Shown piece by piece: positions 1 through 9,743 of a stretch of DNA of 64,000 nt (position 1 is its first letter; every line of letters starts with the position of its first letter). Made by a program: the position numbers and the translations under genes. The notes under the pieces are model-generated. The model saw nothing but the letters and a program-made list of their open reading frames with translations, was not told the origin of the DNA and did no database searches. The stretch is from Victivallales bacterium (GTDB lineage: Bacteria > Verrucomicrobiota > Lentisphaeria > Victivallales > UBA1829), in contig JAZNVL010000017.1 of NCBI GenBank assembly GCA_045592785.1, positions 1,505 through 65,504 of the forward strand, given 5' to 3'.

Positions 1-1
1 G

Positions 2-313
2 GATCTGAAAGCGAAAGAGCTTACAGATGAACACATTGCTGCCATTACTGTTCTTCTTCAGAACGACTATGTAGTGGAAGGCGACCTTCGCCGTGAACTT
101 GTGACCAACATCCGCCGTTTGCAGAGCATCAACTGCTACCGCGGGATCCGCCACAAGAAAGGTCTTCCCTGCCGTGGACAGCGCACGCAGACGAATGCGC
201 GTACCCGTAAGGGCAAGAAGATCACCGTGGGTGCAATCCGTGACAAAACACAGCGTCGTGTTGCTTCTTCCGAAAAGGAAGCAGCGCAGGCCTCCACAGC
301 AAAGAAGAAATAA
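2..313 (+). CDS. rpsM: 30S ribosomal protein S13 (5' truncated by window edge)
   Basis: Frame open from position 2 ([15 protein letters not shown]...); EGDLRRE...[27 protein letters not shown] is the S13 signature; precedes rpsK. Confidence 0.97.
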   Translation, partial: DLKAKELTDEHIAAITVLLQNDYVVEGDLRRELVTNIRRLQSINCYRGIRHKKGLPCRGQRTQTNARTRKGKKITVGAIRDKTQRRVASSEKEAAQASTAKKK

Positions 314-371
314 TTCTGTGTATACAGGATTGTTTGCAGCGTAAAGAAAACGAATCGAAAGGTCAAATACT

Positions 372-824
372 ATGGCTGAAGAAAACATGGACAAGGCAGC
401 AGAAGTTGCTGCTTCTGCCCCTGAAGCAGTGGAAACGGCTGCTTCTGCGAGTGAAAAACGCAAAAAAACCGGTCGCCATGTGCCCTCCGGGATTGCGTTT
501 GTGCATGCCACATTCAATAATACAAAAGTCACGTTCACCGATTTGCATGGTAATGTTCTCTGCTGGTCCAGCTCCGGTAAAAACGGTTTCAAAGGATCCC
601 GCAAGAGCACCGCTTATGCCGCTCAGGTCGTTGCCGCTGATGCCGCAAAAAAGGCAGAAGCTCTCGGCATGAAGGACGTGGAAGTGCGTATCAATGGACC
701 GGGAGCAGGTCGCGAATCTGCGGTCCGCGGTATCGCATCTGTCGGCATGGAAATCAATGCTATCAAGGATATCACGCCGGTCCCGCATAACGGATGCCGT
801 CCGCCGAAACGCAGACGTGTCTGA
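372..824 (+). CDS. rpsK: 30S ribosomal protein S11
   Basis: [48 protein letters not shown]. Confidence 0.98.
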   Translation: MAEENMDKAAEVAASAPEAVETAASASEKRKKTGRHVPSGIAFVHATFNNTKVTFTDLHGNVLCWSSSGKNGFKGSRKSTAYAAQVVAADAAKKAEALGMKDVEVRINGPGAGRESAVRGIASVGMEINAIKDITPVPHNGCRPPKRRRV

Positions 825-910
825 TGCAAGTTTCACTGGCCCGGCAGGTTGTATCCTGCCGCGTGAAGAAGAAACCCTGGATTCCAACATAATAACCGGA
901 GGTAACCAAT

Positions 911-1927
911 ATGGCTTCCATGAATGATTTTCCCATGCCCAATTCAGTGGAGATGGAAAGAGAAACAGCAACGGATAAATATGCGAAGTTTGTCGCTTCT
1001 CCGTTCCAGAGCGGTTTCGGACATACTGTCGGAAACGCACTGCGCCGTGTTCTCCTCTCCTCATTGGAAGGTTCAGCTATTTCCGCAGTCCGGATCGATG
1101 GAACAACGCACGAGTTTTCCTCACTTCCGAACGTTGTCGAAGATGTGACTGAAATCATTCTCAATTTGAAGAAAGTGAAACTCAAACTTCATGATGACAC
1201 GATCAAAACGCTGGAAATCAAGAAGAATGAGGCTGGCCCTGTAACTGCCAGCGACATTATCAATGACGGTACGGTTGACATCATCAACCCGGAACAGATC
1301 ATTTGTACGCTTGACAAGGCTGTGCCTTTCCGTGCGGAAATCGAAATTTCCAAAGGACGCGGCTGGCGTTTGGCGGAAAAGAACAAACGTGCGGAACATT
1401 CCCTGGGAACAATTCCTGTGGACTGCCTTTACAGTCCTGTGACACTGGTCCGCTATCAGGTGGGTTCCGCCCGTGTCGGAGAAGAAACCGAAAAAGACTC
1501 TCTGACTCTTGAAATCTACACAGATGGTCGGGTCACTCCCCAGGATGCGTTGAAGAAGGCGACCAAGATCCTCGCCGATCACCTCAATCCGTTCCTCGGC
1601 AATGAAAAACCGGCATCTCCCGGACTCTCACCGGAAGATCAGAATCTGTTGAAGACTCTGACTCAGGATGTGGATTCTCTGGAATTGTCTGTCCGTGCCA
1701 TGAACTGCTTGAATACAGCAAATATCAAGCTTCTTGGTGAGCTCTGCCTGAAATCGGAATCCAAGATGTTGAAATACCGTAACTTCGGCAAAAAATCTTT
1801 GGATGAGATCAAGGAAAGACTCGAAAAGATGAATTTGCAGTTGGATATGAACTTCAGTGAAAATCTGAAAAATGCGATCCTGGCGGAAGCCGAACGTGCC
1901 AAAGCCTCCAAGAAAGAGGAAATCTAA
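911..1927 (+). CDS. rpoA: RNA polymerase alpha subunit
   Basis: GFGHTVGNALRRVLLSSLEG, HEFSSLPNVVEDV, alpha-CTD LELSVRAMNCL...NFGKKSLDEIK. Confidence 0.98.
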   Translation: MASMNDFPMPNSVEMERETATDKYAKFVASPFQSGFGHTVGNALRRVLLSSLEGSAISAVRIDGTTHEFSSLPNVVEDVTEIILNLKKVKLKLHDDTIKTLEIKKNEAGPVTASDIINDGTVDIINPEQIICTLDKAVPFRAEIEISKGRGWRLAEKNKRAEHSLGTIPVDCLYSPVTLVRYQVGSARVGEETEKDSLTLEIYTDGRVTPQDALKKATKILADHLNPFLGNEKPASPGLSPEDQNLLKTLTQDVDSLELSVRAMNCLNTANIKLLGELCLKSESKMLKYRNFGKKSLDEIKERLEKMNLQLDMNFSENLKNAILAEAERAKASKKEEI

Positions 1928-1932
1928 GAACT

Positions 1933-2367
1933 ATGAGACACCTCAAACATACAGCAAAATTGAACCGCAACTGCGGTCACCGTAAAGCGATGCTCGTCAA
2001 TCTGGCTTGCAGCCTGATCGAACACGACCGCATCGAAACAACCGTAATCCGTGCGAAAGAACTCCGTCGTTTCGTGGAACGTCTGATCACTCTCGCGAAA
2101 AAAGGCGGCGATCACCGCCGCAGACTGGCTTATGCCAAGCTGAAAATCAATACCCCCTCTGACAAAGCACAGGCGAAAAAAGCCGTCCTCAAGAAACTCT
2201 TCGAAGACCTGGCTGTCCGCTTCGCTGCACGTCCCGGCGGTTATACACGCATCATCCGTAACGGCGCACGCGTCGGTGACGGTTCTCCGATGTGCTTCAT
2301 CGAGTTTGTGGAAGCGGATGCCGCTGCTGCAGCTCCTGCCGCTGAAGAGGCCCCGAAAGCGGAATAA
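1933..2367 (+). CDS. rplQ: 50S ribosomal protein L17
   Basis: MRHLK...KLNR...HRKAMLVNLA, IETT..RAKELR, RPGGYTRI. Confidence 0.98.
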   Translation: MRHLKHTAKLNRNCGHRKAMLVNLACSLIEHDRIETTVIRAKELRRFVERLITLAKKGGDHRRRLAYAKLKINTPSDKAQAKKAVLKKLFEDLAVRFAARPGGYTRIIRNGARVGDGSPMCFIEFVEADAAAAAPAAEEAPKAE

Positions 2368-2387
2368 GTTCCACTTTCCTGATACAG

Positions 2388-2426
2388 AAAATCCCCGATG
2401 CCATTACGGCGCCGGGGATTTTTTTT
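2388..2426. terminator. Intrinsic, probably bidirectional terminator after rplQ
   Basis: AAAATCCCCG-ATGCC-ATTAC-GGCGC-CGGGGATTTT followed by a T run, between convergent genes. Confidence 0.8.
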
Positions 2427-2434
2427 CTTTGATT

Positions 2435-2971
2435 TTACTTGGAAATGTTGCGCGGGGGAGGCGGGGGGACCGTTCGTTTCGGATCAAGCAGATGCCGTGG
2501 TTTTTCCACAACATTTCCTTTGGAATCGGTCATGGTTTCGGGTGGCGGACCGTCTTTGAAGAGGTCTTCCAACTGTACGGGTTTCCCCTCCGCCCGTACC
2601 AGAAGATCGAATCGGTCCCGGACCTGACTGCCGTGCCGGTCGCTGTATTCCAGCGAGATCCCGGCGAAGCCACCGTTGGTGACACGGTATCGGTACTGGA
2701 TCACTTTTTCCATTTTCTTTGTGGCAAGATTTTCCGCTTTACCCTGTACAATGTCGGTACGGATCAGTACATTGGGGTTCACGGGTTTGGCTTCCCGCCA
2801 GAATAAGCCGGATGTATCACCGTTGACGGGGAGCGTGACTGTGATCAGATCACCGGCGCGGCAATCCAGAGTAGCTCCGGATTGTGCGGGTGCGAAATCA
2901 TATTGTACCGGGGTTGGCGTAAAACATCCGGTAAGGAGAATAAGCGCAGCGATTCCGGCAATGACCCTCAT
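2435..2971 (-). CDS. Lipoprotein with chagasin / I42 protease-inhibitor-like Ig domain
   Basis: Lipobox LLTGC; TLDCRAGDLITVTLPVNGDTSGLFW resembles the I42 start (G..i.v.L..NpTTGy.W). Confidence 0.55.
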   Translation of the reverse strand: MRVIAGIAALILLTGCFTPTPVQYDFAPAQSGATLDCRAGDLITVTLPVNGDTSGLFWREAKPVNPNVLIRTDIVQGKAENLATKKMEKVIQYRYRVTNGGFAGISLEYSDRHGSQVRDRFDLLVRAEGKPVQLEDLFKDGPPPETMTDSKGNVVEKPRHLLDPKRTVPPPPPRNISK

Positions 2972-2975
2972 AGAT

Positions 2976-3395
2976 TTATTCCTCTGTTTCGAAAAAGGGT
3001 TTTCCCAGGAAAAATGCGGTCATGGTCCCGTGGGCGATCAGACGTTTGTTATCATCGAAGACCTGCACGGTAAACACGCCGGACCGTTTTCCCCTGGAAA
3101 CGACATCGGCGATGGCGGTATAAGACGTGCTGAGTCCGGGGCGGACGTAGGAGATATTGCTGTTCATACCGATCGCCTGTTCGCCGTATGAGTTTGCTGC
3201 ACCGGCGAAAACGAAATCGGCGAAGGTATAAAGTGCGCCGCCCTGGGTTACGCCCAATCCGTTGCAATGATCTTTTCCGGCGGTAAAGGATCCTTCGGCA
3301 TGACCTTCGGCGATGGATGTTATCATCATATCGTTTACGGCGGCGAAGCGGTCATTTTCATTCAGGAAAGAGCGGAGTTTTTCAAGGTATGACAT
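2976..3395 (-). CDS. PaaI-family hotdog thioesterase
   Basis: HCNGLGVTQGGALYTFAD, NISYVRPG. Confidence 0.88.
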   Translation of the reverse strand: MSYLEKLRSFLNENDRFAAVNDMMITSIAEGHAEGSFTAGKDHCNGLGVTQGGALYTFADFVFAGAANSYGEQAIGMNSNISYVRPGLSTSYTAIADVVSRGKRSGVFTVQVFDDNKRLIAHGTMTAFFLGKPFFETEE

Positions 3396-3413
3396 CGTAC
3401 AAAACTTTCCGTG

Positions 3414-4136
3414 TTATATATCTGAAAGCAGGTTGTGGGCCAGCATGATCAGCAAAACATTACTGGCATTGAAGAGAGAATGGATCAGGATCGGCGTGAG
3501 CAGCGAACCTGTTTTCCGCATTGTTCCCTGCAGGATCAATCCCATGACGAACAGGGCGGGCGCATGGAGCAGATTGCAGTGAAGTGCTGAAAACGTTGCG
3601 GCGGTGATCACGGCAGCGGTATGATAATTGAAGAACATATTTACTTTTGCAAAGAAGAATCTGCGGAACATACATTCTTCGGTGACGGGAGCAATGATCA
3701 CGGCGGAAAAGATGATCATCAGAGCTTGAGGTGAGTACGGGTTTTTCCGGATCAAATCCGGCAGGGACTGCTGCGGCAATTCAATATTCAGATATTTGCC
3801 GGCAGTGTGCATTGCATAGCCGAGGCTCAATGAGGCAACAAGAAGAAAAAGCACGGCTGTAACGATGGGCATGACGGGAAACGGGGAGGGGATATTCCAT
3901 TGGAATTTTTCTTTCAGCGGGATATTCCGGAAGGTGCAGGCACTGATCCCCAGCAGCGCAATATTCAGAAATTGCGGCAGGAAGAGTTTGACAGAAAATG
4001 GAAGAGCGATCTTGAAATAATCAACGAAAAACGGGAAGAGGAAGTTATTCAGGAGGCAAAGAGCGCATACGGCATAGAAGCCAGCGGAGATCCATTGCCG
4101 TATTGCGCTATCTTCTGTTGATGACACGGTGTTCAT
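3414..4136 (-). CDS. CPBP (CAAX/Abi) intramembrane protease
   Basis: APVTEECMFR, FSALH, PILIHSLFN motifs; several TM segments. Confidence 0.9.
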   Translation of the reverse strand: MNTVSSTEDSAIRQWISAGFYAVCALCLLNNFLFPFFVDYFKIALPFSVKLFLPQFLNIALLGISACTFRNIPLKEKFQWNIPSPFPVMPIVTAVLFLLVASLSLGYAMHTAGKYLNIELPQQSLPDLIRKNPYSPQALMIIFSAVIIAPVTEECMFRRFFFAKVNMFFNYHTAAVITAATFSALHCNLLHAPALFVMGLILQGTMRKTGSLLTPILIHSLFNASNVLLIMLAHNLLSDI

Positions 4137-6046
4137 TGTTCGACTTTTGCGTTCAATTCGTCAATACTGCAAGTGAAGATCTGGACTTCAACGTTTTTTG
4201 TTTTTGCGAAATCCACAAGTTGCTGTTTGCGTTCTTCGGAGATACTGCGCAGCGCAATGACCAGACGATCGAATGGTTTCCGCTGATAAATTTCTTCCAT
4301 ATCATCTATCCCGCCAAGTACCTGGAATCCGTATACGGAAAGATGATGGAGGACAAAGTCATCGTCTATGATCCCCAGGATTTCCGGAATCGGTTTATTG
4401 GATGCCAGAGGACCGGAAAATATGTTTGTAAGATACAATCTGCAGAAGAGTCCGCCGCCGTAGATCATGGTGCGGCATGTTTTCTTATCGGCAGCCCGGC
4501 TTTGAATATACATTTTGCGGAACCCGAAACTTTCCAGATAGCGGAGCAGGAACCGTTCGCCGGAGATCAATGCGCATGCCATGAAGAAGAAGAGAAGATA
4601 GAATATGATCAGCATCTGGAGTTCTTCTTTGGAGAAATCGTATTTGTACGCGCAGAGCAGATAGATCGTAGTGAATCCGATCGCGCCCGCAAAAATACAA
4701 AGGCGGATCAGTTTGTAATATTGCGAGATCCCGGCGCGGAGCCAGAATGTCTGATAGATCCCGGAAATACACAGACAAGCCGTGAACGGACCTACAAAGA
4801 TGAGGATGTAGTAAAGAGAGACCGGATTATAGAGGAGTGGGGGGAACAGTAAAACCGCGGCAAAGAAAGAAGCGCTTACAAGGATACAGTCGATGACCGG
4901 ATGTACTGCAGTCAGGATGAAATTCTTGTGGGGGACGGAAAACCCTTTTGCAACGCAACTGACCGTATCCAGGATCTCAATGTGAGCATACCGGATGAAT
5001 GTGAAAATGGCGATAAGGAAAAGAACGAAAACGAGGGCGGGGAGATGTTGTTCCAGGAAAACGGATCCCATGGCGATCAGAGAGAGAAGCGTGGCGAGGG
5101 AGTAAATGATGTACGCCGTTTTTCTCTGCGATCCCTGTTCTTTCATAATACGGTGATGAAGATGGTCATGGTCACCTTCCATGATACTGACGGAGGTGTC
5201 ATGTTTGATATACCGCCGGAAGAATCTGCGCCAGATGGCGAGGAATACGTCGAAAATAGGGATCCCGATCGCGATCAGGGGAACAAGCAAACTGGTCATT
5301 GTCACTGCTTTGGACGAAGCGGACATACTGGTGAATGCAAAGAAAAGCCCGAGGAACATACTTCCGGTATCACCCATAAAGATTCTGGCAGGTGAGAAGT
5401 TGTACCGGAGGAATCCCAGGCATGAACCGCAAAAGACCAGCAGGATAACCACATGCAGTGCGCTGGAATGATTGAGCGCGCCCCATACAGCCAGAGAGAA
5501 TGATGCAATGGAAGCCAGACCGGCAGCGATCCCATCCAGTCCGTCGATCAGGTTGAACGCATTGATGATCCCGATGACCCAGCAAACGGTGAGAGGCATT
5601 CCGACGAACCAGGGCAGACTGTAGTCAAGGATACAGTGTATGCCGCATCCTGTCCAATAGAAGAAACAGCCGATGACGATTTGAACGATGAGTTTGACGA
5701 TACTGCGGAGTTCATACTTGTCATCCAATATGCCCGTGATTCCCAGCACGACCGCAGCGATGGCAAATTTACCCAGAGAAAGAAGGATATCCTGATTGCC
5801 TTTGGAGAGCGGATATTCCAGATTTCCGAAAATGACCAGTGTCATGCTGATGAAGAATGCAAGGATGATGGCAATACCGCCACCACGGGGAACCGCCCGT
5901 TCATGCTGATGACGTCCCCGGGGCAGGTCGATCAGCCCGAACCGCGGGAGGATGGAAATGCACAACCTGGTACCGAGCATAGCGACCAGGACAGCAGCCA
6001 ATGGATAAGGGATCCACTTTACAGAAGAAGCGATAAATTCCAACAT
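4133..6046 (-). CDS. WecA/MraY-family polytopic phosphoglycosyltransferase fused to C-terminal TM and Rossmann-like (CoA-binding-like) domains
   Basis: PRGGGIAI, GILDD, NAFNLIDGLDG, FMGDTGS, HLHHR; C-terminal TMIYGGG...ILGIIDDD...VLGGIDD. Start set at ATG 6046 (GGAG upstream); the TTG at 6088 abuts the -10 box. Confidence 0.88.
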   Translation of the reverse strand: MLEFIASSVKWIPYPLAAVLVAMLGTRLCISILPRFGLIDLPRGRHQHERAVPRGGGIAIILAFFISMTLVIFGNLEYPLSKGNQDILLSLGKFAIAAVVLGITGILDDKYELRSIVKLIVQIVIGCFFYWTGCGIHCILDYSLPWFVGMPLTVCWVIGIINAFNLIDGLDGIAAGLASIASFSLAVWGALNHSSALHVVILLVFCGSCLGFLRYNFSPARIFMGDTGSMFLGLFFAFTSMSASSKAVTMTSLLVPLIAIGIPIFDVFLAIWRRFFRRYIKHDTSVSIMEGDHDHLHHRIMKEQGSQRKTAYIIYSLATLLSLIAMGSVFLEQHLPALVFVLFLIAIFTFIRYAHIEILDTVSCVAKGFSVPHKNFILTAVHPVIDCILVSASFFAAVLLFPPLLYNPVSLYYILIFVGPFTACLCISGIYQTFWLRAGISQYYKLIRLCIFAGAIGFTTIYLLCAYKYDFSKEELQMLIIFYLLFFFMACALISGERFLLRYLESFGFRKMYIQSRAADKKTCRTMIYGGGLFCRLYLTNIFSGPLASNKPIPEILGIIDDDFVLHHLSVYGFQVLGGIDDMEEIYQRKPFDRLVIALRSISEERKQQLVDFAKTKNVEVQIFTCSIDELNAKVEQ

Positions 6047-6090
6047 AAGCAGAGTCTCCGTGATAAGAAATGAAACGTAAACTTTCAATT

Positions 6091-6119
6091 AATATACATG
6101 CGGTTTCCTGTAATTTCAA
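6091..6119 (-). promoter_or_regulatory. Sigma70-type promoter of the wecA-like operon
   Basis: Minus strand TTGAAA-N17-TATATT. Confidence 0.6.
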
Positions 6120-6169
6120 GAATAAAGAAAAATTTTCAGTTCTGAAACAAGGTTTTTTGTGCTTTTTAT

Positions 6170-6198
6170 TTGAAAAAAGCGGGAACATGGGTTATATT
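6170..6198 (+). promoter_or_regulatory. Sigma70-type promoter of pfp
   Basis: TTGAAA-N17-TATATT. Confidence 0.6.
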
Positions 6199-6250
6199 AT
6201 CACCGTATACCATGTAACGTTACAAATCCATTAACACAAAGGAATCAATC

Positions 6251-7906
6251 ATGGCTCAGGTAATCTCTGAACTCCAGAAGGTGCGCGCCGCGTACCAGCC
6301 CAAACTCCCCGCCGCTCTCCGCGCCGGTGCAAAAGTCGTCGTAACAAAAGGCAATCCGCTCCCCGCATTTGCCGATACCGAGAAGATCTCCCAGCTCTTC
6401 CCCAGCACCAGCAATATGCCTGACCTGCGTTTCGCAGCCGGCAATGGCGAACAGGGCGCTCCCATCAATGCAGCTGTGATCCTCTCCGGCGGACAGGCTC
6501 CCGGCGGACATAACGTGATCGCAGGGATCTATGATGGTCTGAAATCCATCAATCCTGCTTCCAAACTCTACGGCTTCAAGGGCGGTCCCAGCGGTCTGGT
6601 CGACAACAAGTATGTGGAAATCACCGATGAATTCATGGATGCCTACCGGAATACCGGCGGATTCGATATGATCGGTTCCGGCAGAACCAAACTGGAACTG
6701 CCCGAACAGTTCGATAAAGCCCGCGAAAACTGCGAAAAACTGGGCATCACTGCCATCATCATCATCGGCGGTGACGACTCCAACACCAATGCCTGTCTCC
6801 TTGCTGAATACTACAAGGCGCAGAACGCCGGGATCCAGGTCGTGGGCTGCCCCAAGACCATCGACGGCGACCTGAAGAACGCATTCGTGGAAACTTCTTT
6901 CGGTTTCGATACCGCCAGCAAAGTTTACAGCGAACTCATCGGCAACATCGCCCGTGACGCCAACTCTGCCAAGAAATACTGGCACTTCATCAAACTGATG
7001 GGCCGCAGTGCTTCTCACATCGCGCTGGAATGTGTTCTGCGCACTCATGTGAACATGGCGATCATCTCCGAAGAAGTTGCTGCGAAAAAGCAGACTCTTT
7101 CCGAAATCGTCAACGGCATCGCCGATATGGTCGCTGCCCGCGCTGAAAACAAAGAAAACTTCGGTGTTCTGCTGATCCCCGAAGGTCTGATCGAATTCAT
7201 TCCCGAAATGAAGATCCTGATCGCGGAACTCAATGATGCTCTGGCAAAGAATGCAGAAGCGTTCGCCAATATCAGCACCAACGCGGAAAAACTCGCCTTC
7301 GTGGAAAAACTCCTCACGCCCGAAAGCGCAAAAGTTTACAGCTCTCTCCCCGATGCCATCCGCCTGCAGCTCTCCATGGATCGCGACCCCCACGGCAACG
7401 TGCAGGTCTCCCTCATCGAAACCGAAAAACTGCTGGTCGAACTCACCAAGAAAGAACTCGCCGCCCGCAAGAAAGCCGGCAGCTTCAATGGGAAATTCTC
7501 CACGCAGACTCACTTCTTCGGGTATGAAGGCCGCTGCTCCGCACCCTCCAACTTCGATGCCGACTACTGCTACAGCCTCGGTTACAACGCCGCCGCCATC
7601 CTCGGCGCAGGAGCCACCGCTTACATGTCCTACGTTTCCAATCTGGTCAAACCGGCTGCAGAATGGGTTGCCGGCGCAGTGCCCCTGACCGCTATGATGA
7701 ACGTGGAACACCGTCACGGCGAAGACAAGCCCGTGATCAAGAAAGCTCTGGTGGAACTGGGTGCCGCGCCCTTCAAGGCATACGCAGCCGTCCGCGCAGA
7801 CTGGGCAGTGAATACCTCCTATGTGTATCCCGGCCCGATCCAGTATTTCGGTCCCACCGAAGTCTGCGATCAGCCCACTGAAACGCTGAAACTTGAACAC
7901 CAATAA
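6251..7906 (+). CDS. pfp: Pyrophosphate-dependent phosphofructokinase (long type)
   Basis: SGGQAPGGHNVI, GGDDSNT (PPi-specific Asp), PKTIDGD, MGRSASH, YEGR. Confidence 0.96.
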   Translation: MAQVISELQKVRAAYQPKLPAALRAGAKVVVTKGNPLPAFADTEKISQLFPSTSNMPDLRFAAGNGEQGAPINAAVILSGGQAPGGHNVIAGIYDGLKSINPASKLYGFKGGPSGLVDNKYVEITDEFMDAYRNTGGFDMIGSGRTKLELPEQFDKARENCEKLGITAIIIIGGDDSNTNACLLAEYYKAQNAGIQVVGCPKTIDGDLKNAFVETSFGFDTASKVYSELIGNIARDANSAKKYWHFIKLMGRSASHIALECVLRTHVNMAIISEEVAAKKQTLSEIVNGIADMVAARAENKENFGVLLIPEGLIEFIPEMKILIAELNDALAKNAEAFANISTNAEKLAFVEKLLTPESAKVYSSLPDAIRLQLSMDRDPHGNVQVSLIETEKLLVELTKKELAARKKAGSFNGKFSTQTHFFGYEGRCSAPSNFDADYCYSLGYNAAAILGAGATAYMSYVSNLVKPAAEWVAGAVPLTAMMNVEHRHGEDKPVIKKALVELGAAPFKAYAAVRADWAVNTSYVYPGPIQYFGPTEVCDQPTETLKLEHQ

Positions 7907-7923
7907 GAAAAGAGCGTTTCCAC

Positions 7924-8241
7924 ATGAGCGGAAAAAATAACGGTACGATCGACGTCGCCAATGTTGCCGCGCTTGCCCGGTTGGAGATCCCTGCCGGTCA
8001 AGCGGAAAAACTCCAGTCCGAAATGGAAGCCATTGTCGGATACGTGGAAATGCTTTCTGAACTCGACGTGGACGGTATTGAACCTACCGCCCACGCCGTT
8101 GACCGGGTCAATGTACTGCGCGATGACGTCGCAGGTACACCGCGTTCCCGTCAGGACATGCTTGCCAACGCCCCCGCGACCGTGGATGGCGAACTGGTGC
8201 TTGTCCCCCGGATGCTGCCCGGAGAAGAGGAGACTGCATGA
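7924..8241 (+). CDS. gatC: Asp/Glu-tRNA amidotransferase subunit C
   Basis: VAALARL, LSELDVDGIEPT, NVLRDD, LANAP; overlaps gatA start. Confidence 0.93.
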   Translation: MSGKNNGTIDVANVAALARLEIPAGQAEKLQSEMEAIVGYVEMLSELDVDGIEPTAHAVDRVNVLRDDVAGTPRSRQDMLANAPATVDGELVLVPRMLPGEEETA

Positions 8242-9731
8242 CCATGATTGATATCGATCCCGTTACTTTGACGCTCCGCGATGCTTCCGCATTGCTGAAT
8301 TCCGGCAAATGCACTTCCACCGAACTCTGTCAGGTCTTTCTGGACCGGGCGGCGAAAGTGGAACCGGAAGTTCGTTCCCTGCTGGCATTGGATCCCGAAT
8401 CTGTTCTCAAACAGGCGGCGGAATCCGATGGGCGCAGAAAAGCCGGACAGGTATTGAGTCCTCTGGACGGCGTACCTGTCACGCTGAAAGACAACATTGC
8501 ATCGGAGGGCGAATCCCTTTCCTGCGCATCAAAAATCCTGGAAGGGTTCCGTTCCCCCTATGATGCTTTTGTAACACAGAAACTCAAACAGGCAGGCTGT
8601 ATCCTTCTGGGACGTGCCAACATGGATGAATTCGCCATGGGCTCTTCCTGTGAAAACAGTGCCTATCAGAAGACCGCCAATCCCTGGGATATCACCCGTG
8701 TTCCCGGCGGTTCCTCCGGCGGTTCCGCGGCGGCTGTGGCAGCAGGGATCACCTGCGCCGCATTGGGTTCCGATACGGGCGGATCCATCCGTCAGCCGGC
8801 ATCTTTCTGCGGTATCGTGGGGATGAAACCCACCTACGGGCGTGTGTCCCGTAACGGGCTGGTCGCGTTTGCTTCCAGTCTGGACCAGATCGGTCCGATG
8901 ACCAAAACGGTTTATGATGCTGCGCTGCTCTACGATCTGATCTGCGGACAGGATGAAAAAGACTCTACCAGTCTTCCTTACGAAAAAGAAGATTGTGCCG
9001 CATATCTGGAAGAAAAAGAAGCGAATTTCTCCCTGGAAGGCGTGCGTATCGGTCTGCCGAAAGAATATTTCTCGCTGGAAGGTGTCACCCCCGGCGTGAA
9101 AGCAGTGACCGATCAGGCGATCGAAACACTGAAAAGTCTGGGGGCGACTTTTGTCGAAGTCTCCCTGCCCCATTCCAAATACGCCATGGCGTGTTATTAC
9201 ATCATTGCCACGGCGGAAGCCAGTGCCAACCTGGAACGGTTCGACGGTGTTCGTTACGGTTACCGTTCGGAAGGGGCGGACAGCCTGACCAATCTGTATA
9301 TGAAGTCTCGCGGGGAAGGATTCGGAACGGAAGTGAAACGCCGTATCATGCTCGGGACGTATGTATTGAGCAGCGGGTATTACGATGCCTATTATCTGCG
9401 TGCACAGAAAGTGCGTACCCTTTTGCGCAGAGACTTTGAAAAAGCGTATCAGGAATGTGATCTGATCTTCACTCCGGTCAGTCCCATTCCCGCATTCCAT
9501 TTTGATGAAAAGAGCGATCCGCTCCAGATGTATCTCTCGGACATCTTCACCACGGCATTGAATCTCTCCGGCGATTGCGGGATCAGTGTTCCCGCCGGAT
9601 TGGATCCGGAAACGGGGATGCCCGTCGGGATCCAGCTGATGACCGGCGCATTCGGGGAAAAACGTCTTCTGCACGCGGCGGCCGCATTCGAATCCGCCCG
9701 CGCACAGAAAGTCTTCCGCGCTCCCCTGTAA
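8238..9731 (+). CDS. gatA: Asp/Glu-tRNA amidotransferase subunit A
   Basis: Amidase signature GGSSGGSAAAVA, GSDTGGSIRQPA, RFDGVRYG, EVKRRIMLGTYVLSSGYYDAYY. Confidence 0.97.
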   Translation: MTMIDIDPVTLTLRDASALLNSGKCTSTELCQVFLDRAAKVEPEVRSLLALDPESVLKQAAESDGRRKAGQVLSPLDGVPVTLKDNIASEGESLSCASKILEGFRSPYDAFVTQKLKQAGCILLGRANMDEFAMGSSCENSAYQKTANPWDITRVPGGSSGGSAAAVAAGITCAALGSDTGGSIRQPASFCGIVGMKPTYGRVSRNGLVAFASSLDQIGPMTKTVYDAALLYDLICGQDEKDSTSLPYEKEDCAAYLEEKEANFSLEGVRIGLPKEYFSLEGVTPGVKAVTDQAIETLKSLGATFVEVSLPHSKYAMACYYIIATAEASANLERFDGVRYGYRSEGADSLTNLYMKSRGEGFGTEVKRRIMLGTYVLSSGYYDAYYLRAQKVRTLLRRDFEKAYQECDLIFTPVSPIPAFHFDEKSDPLQMYLSDIFTTALNLSGDCGISVPAGLDPETGMPVGIQLMTGAFGEKRLLHAAAAFESARAQKVFRAPL

Positions 9732-9743
9732 GGAGTTGAACTC

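Noticed and set aside
2319-2367. Ala/Pro/Glu-rich tails on L17, S11, YajC, SecDF and the 344-aa exported protein as a shared targeting signal
   Set aside because: They are low-complexity, occur at different termini and in different compartments, and share no defined motif.
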